Shown in pieces: positions 17,456 through 26,737 of a stretch of DNA of 64,000 nt. The stretch's first letter is position 1. The number at the start of each line of letters is the position of its first letter. Location of the stretch: assembly GCA_965217585.1 (NCBI GenBank), contig OZ244561.1:2432001-2496000 (forward strand), given 5' to 3'. The notes under the pieces are model-generated. The model was not told where the DNA came from, did not search any database, and saw only the letters and a program-made list of their open reading frames with translations. The stretch is from Candidatus Latescibacterota bacterium. GTDB taxonomy: Bacteria > Latescibacterota > UBA2968 > UBA8231. The position numbers and the translations under genes were made by a program.

Positions 17456-19765
17456 CTAATAGACCACGCTGATTGTCTGGGCCAAGGCCTCATCACTGGT
17501 CTGCGCCTCTATATCGATCCGGCATAGATAGATCCCGGGAGGCACCAGAGTCTGGCTATGGTCCTGACCGGACCAAGTAAAGAGCCATAACCCGTCCGTC
17601 TGACGCTGTCCCTCCAGTTGCCGCACCAAGCTACCGTCCAAGGTGTAGATCTGAACCTGGGCCGGCATGTCCACTTTCAAAATATTAAAGCGGATCTCTG
17701 CCTCGTCCCCTACGCCATCGCCGTTGGGAGTAAAGACAGGCTGGACCGAAAGATTGGCAATAAGCCGGTCACTCGAAACGACGTCGGGCAAGAAGACCGT
17801 GGTCGAGAAGCGCACATCGGCATCGGGATCAACTGGTTGCCAGAGTTCGGGGTTTTGAGTGTTACCGACAAAGGCCTTAAAATGATACGGGCTCTGCACT
17901 ACATTGACATACATCTCAATGTCTACTGGCTGCTGCTCCACTAGCTGGGGAAGCTCCACTATGAGAGAATCCGGGAAAAACTGCACGGCCTCGGTCGCCA
18001 GCACCACTGGGCTGCCATCTATCTGGACCGAGAAGCTGTCGGCATCCGCCTGGGAGGGGGTTTCCACCCGGATGCGGTCAAAGCCGGAATCTCCCGGACC
18101 GAACTGGGGCCGAAGGTGATATACAAATTTCTGGGCAACGCCCGGCCGGGCCTCTTTGGGCTCAATCTCGCCCACCGCCCCGATCAGAAAAGCATCGTCG
18201 AAATCGAGAGAAAGCGAACGCAAGGTCGCCGCTGTGTCCGGTCGGTCCGAAATCAGGGAGACCGCAAACTGCACGTACCGACGCGGACTTGGAGAAAGAA
18301 ACTCCTGCCCGGAAAATCGATAGGGATTGCTCCAGCCGCTCCAGTCTGCTCCTTCCACTAGGACTGCCTCTTTTTTGCCTCTCCGGGGTTTGGGCAATTT
18401 GTTGTAGAGTTCCTCGGTAACCTCGTTGCCATTTTTATCGTAGTAAATGGTCTGCTCTTCAAAGGTATTGCCCGAGCGGGTCTGGGCTTGCACCTTGGTA
18501 CCTGCGGGCAAGTCCGCATCCCAGCTGAGCGAGCGAAGCACCTTGGGCCGATCTCCCAAATCCTCAAAGCCCGAGGTCATCTCTACTTTGGCTATGTATC
18601 CGACCGGGAAGACGGCGATATCGTTGAGAATACTGCTCCTGTTGCCGACGTAAATATGCAGCATGTGGCGGATAGACTTAGGAGGGAACATGAGATAGTT
18701 CAGCCACTGGGGTGTGTTCCAGCCAATCGCATCGGGAAAATCGAAGAGCAGATCGAATTCTATCTCTCCGGCCAGAGTGCGTCTGGACCCGTCCGAGACA
18801 AATAACTGGACTCTCTGGTGGCCCGAGGTGGCGGCGTATGCCCCTTGCCCCTGACCCGCGTCCAGCGGCGCTAGTTCGAGAATCCGGTTTACCCAGAAAT
18901 GGGCCCCCAGATCCCAACTCCAGCTGAACTTGGCAGTCGGGTCCGTACTACTCACCTGCCAAGTGGTGCTGAGGTCCCCATCGACCAAGGCACTGGCGCG
19001 ACCAGTCGGCTCGGTTATAGTGCCGCCTCGATCAAAGATGCTAAGGGCAATATTCTGTCCAAAGGTGAAGACTTCCACTTCGGCAAGGGCCGCATCCGCA
19101 GTTTGGGCATCTACGACAATGCGCACGAACTGGATTGGTCCGTAGGTGGTCGAGGTATCTGTACCCGCCAGGGCTGCAGGACCAAATAGGCGGTTATTAG
19201 ACACCCTGCCGAAGGCCTGAACCGGGTATTCGATCAGAGTCTGTTCGTTCAGCCTGCTGGTGCCGCCAATTAAGTCGAAAAAAAAGAAATCCTGGCCTTG
19301 CGCTTGTCTAACGCCATTCGAGCCGAGGACTCGGAACACCCCTAGGGGCTTTGCCCCTTCTTGGTCGGGAAAGTGCAGGCGGATCTTGCTGGTCGGGACC
19401 GCCCGTCCCAAGTTGATCTCGATCCACCAATTCTCCACAGGGTCATTCGGATCGGGCTTCCAGAAGGTCTCGAGATCGCCATCAATGATATTGGCGGCAG
19501 CGTTCGGGTTTGATCCGACTTTCCACACTCCTCCTTGCACTTCTCCCTGCTCTTTTGTCTCATGGGTAAATTGATCCGCGTCGAGCGCGGCGTTGATGGA
19601 CGACTCGAACTTTATCGGGGTGATGGAGCCATCTGCCCCAAACTCGAGGGTTCCGGCAGGAAAATTCCACTCCTGGTCCACCTGGAACACCTGCCCTCTG
19701 GCCCCTTCTTCTATCAACGGGACTAGCAGGAAAGAAAAAGCGCAGAACTTGACCAGATTCTTCAT
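17456..19765 (-). CDS. Secreted protein with F5/8 (discoidin)-like domains and C-terminal FlgD-Ig/CHU_C-like domain (paralog 2)
   Basis: Signal peptide; NIIDGDLETFW..WIEINLG and LVDGDLSTTW..WDLG; C-terminus FTPNGDGVGD..WSGQD..LVPPGIY..ISVVY. Confidence 0.82.
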   Translation of the reverse strand: MKNLVKFCAFSFLLVPLIEEGARGQVFQVDQEWNFPAGTLEFGADGSITPIKFESSINAALDADQFTHETKEQGEVQGGVWKVGSNPNAAANIIDGDLETFWKPDPNDPVENWWIEINLGRAVPTSKIRLHFPDQEGAKPLGVFRVLGSNGVRQAQGQDFFFFDLIGGTSRLNEQTLIEYPVQAFGRVSNNRLFGPAALAGTDTSTTYGPIQFVRIVVDAQTADAALAEVEVFTFGQNIALSIFDRGGTITEPTGRASALVDGDLSTTWQVSSTDPTAKFSWSWDLGAHFWVNRILELAPLDAGQGQGAYAATSGHQRVQLFVSDGSRRTLAGEIEFDLLFDFPDAIGWNTPQWLNYLMFPPKSIRHMLHIYVGNRSSILNDIAVFPVGYIAKVEMTSGFEDLGDRPKVLRSLSWDADLPAGTKVQAQTRSGNTFEEQTIYYDKNGNEVTEELYNKLPKPRRGKKEAVLVEGADWSGWSNPYRFSGQEFLSPSPRRYVQFAVSLISDRPDTAATLRSLSLDFDDAFLIGAVGEIEPKEARPGVAQKFVYHLRPQFGPGDSGFDRIRVETPSQADADSFSVQIDGSPVVLATEAVQFFPDSLIVELPQLVEQQPVDIEMYVNVVQSPYHFKAFVGNTQNPELWQPVDPDADVRFSTTVFLPDVVSSDRLIANLSVQPVFTPNGDGVGDEAEIRFNILKVDMPAQVQIYTLDGSLVRQLEGQRQTDGLWLFTWSGQDHSQTLVPPGIYLCRIDIEAQTSDEALAQTISVVY

Positions 19766-19781
19766 CGGAACAATCCTTTCC

Positions 19782-21728
19782 TCAGTACACTATTCCCACA
19801 GTCTCCGCCCGCACAAAGCTTTCCTGGTCGGCGTTAACCGAAACCTTGACCAGATAAATGCCCACTGGAAGCAGTTCCTCGCTGTCGTCCCGTCCATCCC
19901 ATGGCCTTATATGATTTCCGCTCCGCTCCTCCCCGGCCAGGGTCCGCACTCTCCGACCCGCCAGATCGAAGATTTCCACCTCCACCTCCACAGGCTCTAC
20001 CAGCTGTGAAAGGGTGAGCGCGATCAAAGCCTTTTCGTTGATCGCATCCCCATTGGGCGAGAACACCCTCGGAGTGACCTCGAAAGAGGACAGGATCTCC
20101 CTAGCGGACTCGGCTGCAGTCAGCACCCGCAGCGTATTGGTCGTTACCTCGGGGTTGGCATCGCCCGACAAAACCCTCTGAGGCACCTCTTCGCTTTGGG
20201 TATCGAAGACCTCGGCGTTCAAGAAGCTCCCTTGGACAAACACCTGAGCCTCGAAAATAATCTGCAGGACGTCTCGGCCAACTATCCGATGGGAAGAGGG
20301 GAAGAGTAAGGTCAGGCTGCCGAGTTCCTCTATAATCTCGGTGGGTTCTACCTTTTCAGGAGGATCTCCTATGAAGAGTTCCCCGAATTTTGGCTGCGAC
20401 GAGGGGGTGAATATCCGGATGCCATCAAAGCCGATGTCCGTTCCCGCAACATCGGCGATGAGATCGTAGACAAAGGTGACGAACTGGCCGACCGGCACGA
20501 CGGCCACACTGCGCGGAGGACGGGGCTCGTCCAGCACAGAGACCTCTCCGATTAATTGCTGGGCCAGCGGCGGAATAGAGTGCTCCACACTCAGAGAAGT
20601 GACCTGCATGCCGTCTAAAATGGACTGGCTCCTCATGGCGATCTCGAACTGAAAGTAGCGGCGCGGACTGGGCAGGGTGATTCTCTGCCCGGAGGCGGTA
20701 AAGGGCGATGACCAAAGACTCCAATTGATCTGGTCGTCTTGAATCCCGCCCTGTTCGTTTTGACCTAACTTGTTGTATTCGTCCTCTGTCACTACCTCTC
20801 GCTCCCGGGTAAACCGATCTACCAGCCGAAAAAAAACCCGGGGATTGTCGTCCGTCCCCGTGCGCATCCGGACGGAGATCTCTGTGTCGGCGTCTTCCAC
20901 TACGACCGGACTGTCGCCTTCCTGGCGCAGTCCCTCGACCGCCCATTCAAGCCGGCTGAAATTGGCCACCTCCCCTAAGTCAATGATCTTGGAGGTATAA
21001 CTGGCTTGGGGAGCGAAGCCTTTGCCGAAAAGCTGAAATTCGGCGATTTCGAATGGATTCGGAGAATTTACATGCAGGCGGATAAAGCGAATAAACTGCA
21101 GCGGAAACAAGACCTCCGCCGTGTCCTCACGGGTGAATTCCACCTGCCGGAGGAGGCTGTAATCCGGCCTATTGTCTTGGGTAAAGCTCAGCCCGTCGCT
21201 GGAGAAGAGACTGTAGCTCCGGATAAAATCCTCACTATAAGGTCGTCCTTGATCATCTACGCCAAACGGACGTGGAAAAAAGAGAATTCTATTCATCGGG
21301 ATCCGGGTCCCCAAGTCGAATTCAAATCTTCTCCCATTCTGTTGGACCCCGAATACCTTGAACTGATCCCCGGTGGAGGTAGTATCTTGCCCATCTACGA
21401 TCACCAGTTGCGACTCTCTCAAGGTGGTATTGTCCCAGATATGGGCCTGGGCACGCTCTTCAAGAAACCCTATCGGGCGGGCGCTGACCCAGCTCAACTG
21501 CTGGGTGATATTGTTCTGGGGATCGAATCCCAAACTCTTGATAGTTCCCGCCTGGGAAAAATCGAGAGCCGTCGAAGCCAGCTCCTGCGAAGCCCAAGAT
21601 TCGCCGCCTTCTCCCACCTTCCACTCCCTCACCTCTCCCCAGCTAATCCCCGACATGGCCGCAATCCAGATCGCCGTGATCGCCACCACAGCCGGCCTTT
21701 TCGATTGGGGCTTCATTGTTTTCCGCAT
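19782..21728 (-). CDS. Secreted protein with discoidin-like region and C-terminal FlgD-Ig/CHU_C-like domain (paralog 1)
   Basis: Signal peptide; IVDGQDTT, FDLG, EIAEFQLFG, PSPRRYFQ; C-terminus FSPNGDAINE..WDGRD..LLPVGIY..VGIVY. Confidence 0.82.
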   Translation of the reverse strand: MRKTMKPQSKRPAVVAITAIWIAAMSGISWGEVREWKVGEGGESWASQELASTALDFSQAGTIKSLGFDPQNNITQQLSWVSARPIGFLEERAQAHIWDNTTLRESQLVIVDGQDTTSTGDQFKVFGVQQNGRRFEFDLGTRIPMNRILFFPRPFGVDDQGRPYSEDFIRSYSLFSSDGLSFTQDNRPDYSLLRQVEFTREDTAEVLFPLQFIRFIRLHVNSPNPFEIAEFQLFGKGFAPQASYTSKIIDLGEVANFSRLEWAVEGLRQEGDSPVVVEDADTEISVRMRTGTDDNPRVFFRLVDRFTREREVVTEDEYNKLGQNEQGGIQDDQINWSLWSSPFTASGQRITLPSPRRYFQFEIAMRSQSILDGMQVTSLSVEHSIPPLAQQLIGEVSVLDEPRPPRSVAVVPVGQFVTFVYDLIADVAGTDIGFDGIRIFTPSSQPKFGELFIGDPPEKVEPTEIIEELGSLTLLFPSSHRIVGRDVLQIIFEAQVFVQGSFLNAEVFDTQSEEVPQRVLSGDANPEVTTNTLRVLTAAESAREILSSFEVTPRVFSPNGDAINEKALIALTLSQLVEPVEVEVEIFDLAGRRVRTLAGEERSGNHIRPWDGRDDSEELLPVGIYLVKVSVNADQESFVRAETVGIVY

Positions 21729-22053
21729 GTCAACCCCCCAAAAAAGTGAGAGGACTATGTCCGCTCCTCCCCATCCATATTGAGCCTACATGTTCTGACA
21801 ATCTGAGTGGTCTGTCAACTAAATTATTGCACTATATATTCTTAAATATAGGGGTGCGTATGCCTTCACCTTTTCACGGCGCTTGCCCCTAGGACCTGGT
21901 CCCCGGCAGGCCGACCAAATCAGTGATACTTGTTCACAAATTAGGCGATTAGTATACTTGATGACGATGGTCCTGCCGGGGCTTGTTATCAGTCGGCGGC
22001 GGAGAAGCGACGGGTGGGAATAGTCTGAAATATAAGCCCTACCGCTGGCAACT

Positions 22054-24027
22054 TTGCGCACACCTTCACGGCTAGGCTGGTCAGCGATCTCTTCGTCCTC
22101 CAAAGCGTCTTCCCCTTTCACACTCAGAGCGATTTCAGTAGGCTGCTTTTGTGCCTTCTCTGTCTCGGCCGGAGCGGCGTATGGGACCTTGTACCTGCAC
22201 GGGTCGTTTATGGCGCTAGGGACCAGCATGCCTGGGGCCGTCTTTTTGTTGTTTGTCCTCACTTTGATCTTAAACCCCCTGCTCAAGCTGATCCATCCCC
22301 GAGCGGGCCTCAACCGAGGGGAACTACTGGTCGTCTATATAATGATGGTCATGGCCTCGCCGATTCCCACCCTCTTCGTCGGCAAGTTCCTCAGTGCTAT
22401 CAGTTATCCCTATTATTACGCCACGCCCGAAAACGAGTGGAGGGAACTCATCCATCCCTACATCCCCGACTGGCTGATGGTGCATAATGTTGATATCGTC
22501 AAAAAGTTCTACGAGGGTGGGGGCCGGAATGAGCCGATTCCCTGGGCGATCTGGCGGCCGGTGTTTTTGGCTTGGCTGCCCTTCGTCTGGGCCCTGTTCT
22601 TAGTGATGATTTCCCTCATGATCATTATGCGCAAGCAGTGGGTCGAACACGAGCGTCTGATCTATCCGCTGATGCAGGTGTCCTTAGCCATGACCGAACA
22701 AGGCCGTTATGGCGAACGCGTCAGCCCTTTTTTTAAAAACCCGGTGATGTGGGCCGGCTTTGCCCTCCCGGCCCTGTGGGGCACGCTGCACGGACTCTAC
22801 AACTACTTCCCGGAGATTATACCCATTGCCAAGGAGATAGACCCGCTCCACCTGAGATTGCCGATATTCTACGGCGTAGCCGATATGTACGTGCTTCTGC
22901 GTTTCAACATTATTGGCTTTTTCTACTTTCTCAAAACCGAGATCGCCTTCAGTCTGTGGTTTTTCAATTTACTAGCCTACGTGGTTCGGGGGATTTTCGG
23001 AATTCTGGGCATTACCAGCCCGCAGACACAATCCGCCGGACATGGGGTACACAATCTAATCCTAGCCCAGCAGGCCATGGGAGCGATGCTAGTGTTGTTT
23101 TTGGGGGGTCTGTGGTCGGCGCGCAGGCACTTAAGAGGAGTTTTGCGCAAAGCCTTCTTAGGAGATCCAGGTGTGGATGATTCCGAGGAGATCCTCTCCT
23201 ACCGGGGGGCGGTGATCGCACTGATGGCCAGTAGTGTGATCATGGTGGGGTGGTTGTGGTTGGCAGGACTGCCAATGGTGTTTGGATTGGCCATACTCTT
23301 TTTAGGGATGGTGGTCCTCTTCGGATACTCCCGAGTTGTGGCAGAAGGCGGCCTGTCGGATGGCGAACCGCCGGTGGTGCCGGCCGGCATCCTGGTGTCG
23401 GCGGTGGGTTCGTCGGTCATTGGGCCTCAAGGACTAGTCGTGCTGGCAACCACATTCCTGTGGACCACTGGGCGTAATTTCGTCATGGTATCGTGCGCCA
23501 ACAGCCTCCGGTTGGGCGAGGAGTTGGGAGGCGAAAAACGGGCGCTGTTCTGGGTGATTCTCCTGGCCCTAGCTGTATCCCTAGGCGCGGCGATCTGGAT
23601 GATCATGACCTTGGGACATCAGTACGGGGCCATCAACTTGTGGATCTGGGGAGGGGGGGAGTACAGCTATGCGGAAAAATTGATCCGCACACCAATGGAG
23701 CCGTATGCGTGGAGCTGGATCAATACCGCCATCGGGGCGGCGATTATGACGCTGCTGATGGTGGCGCGCTGGCTCTATGTGTGGTGGCCATTACATCCTT
23801 TGGGCTATGCCATCGGGCCAATATGGATCATAGACGCTCTCTGGTTCAATATGTTCTTGGCCTGGCTGATCAAGGTTGTAGTTCTCAAGTACGGGGGAGT
23901 GGGGCTCTATCGGCGAACCCGTCCCTTCTTTATGGGCATGATTTTGGGATACTTCACACCGGCCGGCTTCTACCTCATCGTCGACCACTTCACAGGGATG
24001 ACCTGGAACATTATTTTTTGGGGTTGA
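22054..24027 (+). CDS. DUF6785/DUF6784 multi-pass membrane protein (putative transporter)
   Basis: About 16 hydrophobic segments; RKQWVEHERLIYPL, WWPLHPLGY and LKYGG..YR..RPFFMGMILG motifs of this family. Start codon uncertain. Confidence 0.8.
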   Translation: MRTPSRLGWSAISSSSKASSPFTLRAISVGCFCAFSVSAGAAYGTLYLHGSFMALGTSMPGAVFLLFVLTLILNPLLKLIHPRAGLNRGELLVVYIMMVMASPIPTLFVGKFLSAISYPYYYATPENEWRELIHPYIPDWLMVHNVDIVKKFYEGGGRNEPIPWAIWRPVFLAWLPFVWALFLVMISLMIIMRKQWVEHERLIYPLMQVSLAMTEQGRYGERVSPFFKNPVMWAGFALPALWGTLHGLYNYFPEIIPIAKEIDPLHLRLPIFYGVADMYVLLRFNIIGFFYFLKTEIAFSLWFFNLLAYVVRGIFGILGITSPQTQSAGHGVHNLILAQQAMGAMLVLFLGGLWSARRHLRGVLRKAFLGDPGVDDSEEILSYRGAVIALMASSVIMVGWLWLAGLPMVFGLAILFLGMVVLFGYSRVVAEGGLSDGEPPVVPAGILVSAVGSSVIGPQGLVVLATTFLWTTGRNFVMVSCANSLRLGEELGGEKRALFWVILLALAVSLGAAIWMIMTLGHQYGAINLWIWGGGEYSYAEKLIRTPMEPYAWSWINTAIGAAIMTLLMVARWLYVWWPLHPLGYAIGPIWIIDALWFNMFLAWLIKVVVLKYGGVGLYRRTRPFFMGMILGYFTPAGFYLIVDHFTGMTWNIIFWG

Positions 24028-24046
24028 GCAAGTTCGCAAAAAGAGC

Positions 24047-26614
24047 ATGCGATACCAAAATATAGTCGGGGCGGGGGTCTTCATCATTGCCTTGGGCCTC
24101 TACCTGAAGACCATGGCTCCCACCATCTCTTTGTGGGACAGCGGCGAATTCATCGCCTGTGCCTACACTCTGGGCATACCCCATCCTCCTGGAGCCCCGC
24201 TCTATATCCTTTGGGGCCGGCTTTTTGCGCTTTTGCCCATCGGCTCGGTGGAGCAGCGCGTGGTGCTCATATCGCCCCTGGTATCGGCCGCCGCCATCTG
24301 GTGCGTCTTCTCCACTACTACTCTCCTTGCCCGAGGTGCCCTCAAGTGCGAAGGGACGCCGTCTCCCGGCCAGGACCAGCGGCAGCGGCTGGCGGCCCTA
24401 GCCGGGGGAGTGGTCGCCGCCCTGTCTTTGGCCTGTTCGTACACATTCTGGTTCAACGCCACTGAGGCCGAAGTTTATGCCTGTTCCATTTTTTTTGTCT
24501 GTGTGACCGTCTGGTTGGCGCTGCGCTGGTCGGTCGGGCCGCTCGATAAGCACAGTTACAAATGGCTCTTGTTCATCGCATATATGTTTGGTCTGAGTGG
24601 CGGGGTCCATCTTCTCTGCCTGCTGACCATTCCAGCGATCCTGATCCTGATCAGGTGCGCCGACTCGAGCCGCCGGCGACTGATTTGGGTCCTACTCGTC
24701 CTGGGTGGAAGCGGTCTGATAGTGATGGCGGTATGGGGGCCAAGCAAGACGGGCGGGGCAGCACTAATTTTGGCGCTAGCTGCCGGTCTCTATTATCTCT
24801 ACCGCCGCGACAGACATTCATGCGGGCTGCTGATAGCCGCGCTGGTGCTCTTCGGCCTAGGTTATTCCACCTATGCGACCCTCTATATTCGCTCGGGACT
24901 GAATCCGGTCATCGACGAGAACGACCCGGAAACCTGGGCCGCTCTTATCAAATTTCTTGGACGCGAGCAATACGGCACGGAGAGTCTGCTGGCGGGCATG
25001 CTGGAAGCCAAGGCTTCGCGCCTCTATCAGTTTTGGCACCTCCAGATGAAGTACTTTTTCGAGCAGTTTCAATTTCCCCTAGGGGAAAGCGCAGGGGAAT
25101 TCCGCCGGGCCACCGATCCTTCCCGCCAGTCAGTAGCCGTCTCGGTCCTGCCCTACCTGCTGGGTCTGGGCGGCCTGCTGTGGCAGGCCCGCAGGGACTG
25201 GCAGCGCTTTCTGGCCGTCCTAGCACTCTTCACGACCATGGGCTTTGGGCTGTCTGCCTACCTAAACATGTCCGATCCGCAACCGCGGGAACGCCACTAC
25301 GTCTTTGTTGGTATGTTCTATGCTTTTGCCCTGTGGATGGGTCTGGGTTGGAGTGGCTTGGTCGAGACCTTGGGGCGGCGCTTGTGCCTTTCTAACGGCT
25401 GGCTGATGGCCCTAGCGGGTGCCGGCGTTCTCCTGCCGGTGGGGATGGGCGTCAAGCTATATAATCAAGTAGACCGGACGGGAGACTATCTGGGGCGCGA
25501 TTACGGGTACAATCTGCTGCAGTCGTGTGCCCCCAACAGCATCCTGTTCACTAACGGAGATAACGATACCTTTCCACTGTGGTTTCTGCAGGAAGTGGAG
25601 GGCATTCGCCCGGATGTGGGCGTCGTCCATCTGGGACTTTTGAATACCGGCTGGTACATCAAACAGCTACGCCAGCGTCTCCCCGCCATCGACATTCGCT
25701 ATACTGATACTTATATCGATTCGGTGCTGACCGATACCCAGCGGGTTGATCTGGGTCTACGCCACTGGCCTAGACCTAAAACTATTGAACTGGCGGGCCT
25801 GGAAATCGAAGTGGTACCCTTCGAGCAACGCATGCTTCGCATTCAGGATATCGCGGTGCTGAAAATCGTCGAGTGGAACGACTGGAAAAGGCCCATTTTT
25901 TTTTCGGTCGCAGTTCCGGTCGAAAACCAGGTCGGACTGACGCCCTACCTGTCTTTAAATGGCCTAGCTTACCGACTAGTTAGGGAGCGCGAACCGGGAC
26001 TCGACCAGAAGGAGATGGAACGCAACTTCTATCGCGTCTTTCAATGGCGCAACCTCCTTGGGCGGGAGATGACCAGCGATCCCGGAATCGCTCCCTTGTT
26101 GTTCAATTACCAAGCCGCTGTCATGCAGCTAGCCGACTTCTATCGGCAAAAGGGCATGGATGAGGCGCTGGCCCAGCTGCTAGCGTGGGCCAGCCAGCGC
26201 ATCCCTTTCGTCTGGCATGCGTATTACAGCGCCTCTACTTACCTGCAGCAGATGGGCAAGCACCAGTTGGCCTTCGAATACGCCGAGCGCGCTGTGCAAA
26301 AACTGTTAGATACCTACGGTGCTAGTGGGGACGCGACCTACGACGATCTTATTGATTTGATGGACGAGTTGACAAAGAAGTACAGGGACTCCGCATGGTC
26401 CGCCAAGTTCTATCGCCAGATCATCGAGGTCGAACCCGGCAGATGGGAGGCTTACCACCGCCTGGCTTCCCTCATGGGGGTGCAAGGCGATTACAGTGGC
26501 GGCCTGCAGGTGGTGGACGAGTACGTCGGCCGCTACGGGGAAGTACGCCCGTTGGTGCGCCTGCGGCAGAACTTGCGGCAGGCTCTTCGCAAAGAGAGCA
26601 GTGCGCCTGAGTGA
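24047..26614 (+). CDS. DUF2723 / TMEM260-like (GT117) membrane glycosyltransferase with C-terminal TPR-like region
   Basis: APTISLWDSGEFIA..LGIPHPPGAPLY, ATEAEVY, PQPRERHY, FTNGDNDTFPLW. Confidence 0.87.
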   Translation: MRYQNIVGAGVFIIALGLYLKTMAPTISLWDSGEFIACAYTLGIPHPPGAPLYILWGRLFALLPIGSVEQRVVLISPLVSAAAIWCVFSTTTLLARGALKCEGTPSPGQDQRQRLAALAGGVVAALSLACSYTFWFNATEAEVYACSIFFVCVTVWLALRWSVGPLDKHSYKWLLFIAYMFGLSGGVHLLCLLTIPAILILIRCADSSRRRLIWVLLVLGGSGLIVMAVWGPSKTGGAALILALAAGLYYLYRRDRHSCGLLIAALVLFGLGYSTYATLYIRSGLNPVIDENDPETWAALIKFLGREQYGTESLLAGMLEAKASRLYQFWHLQMKYFFEQFQFPLGESAGEFRRATDPSRQSVAVSVLPYLLGLGGLLWQARRDWQRFLAVLALFTTMGFGLSAYLNMSDPQPRERHYVFVGMFYAFALWMGLGWSGLVETLGRRLCLSNGWLMALAGAGVLLPVGMGVKLYNQVDRTGDYLGRDYGYNLLQSCAPNSILFTNGDNDTFPLWFLQEVEGIRPDVGVVHLGLLNTGWYIKQLRQRLPAIDIRYTDTYIDSVLTDTQRVDLGLRHWPRPKTIELAGLEIEVVPFEQRMLRIQDIAVLKIVEWNDWKRPIFFSVAVPVENQVGLTPYLSLNGLAYRLVREREPGLDQKEMERNFYRVFQWRNLLGREMTSDPGIAPLLFNYQAAVMQLADFYRQKGMDEALAQLLAWASQRIPFVWHAYYSASTYLQQMGKHQLAFEYAERAVQKLLDTYGASGDATYDDLIDLMDELTKKYRDSAWSAKFYRQIIEVEPGRWEAYHRLASLMGVQGDYSGGLQVVDEYVGRYGEVRPLVRLRQNLRQALRKESSAPE

Positions 26615-26737
26615 TGATACCTCCGGGCAGTGCGAGCCCGGCGGTCTATTTGACTTCAAAATGACTCCGCATTCTTTTGTACCCGGGTCGGTTATGCATC
26701 TCAAATGGGATTAAAAATTAGCTAGGAGGCACAGATT

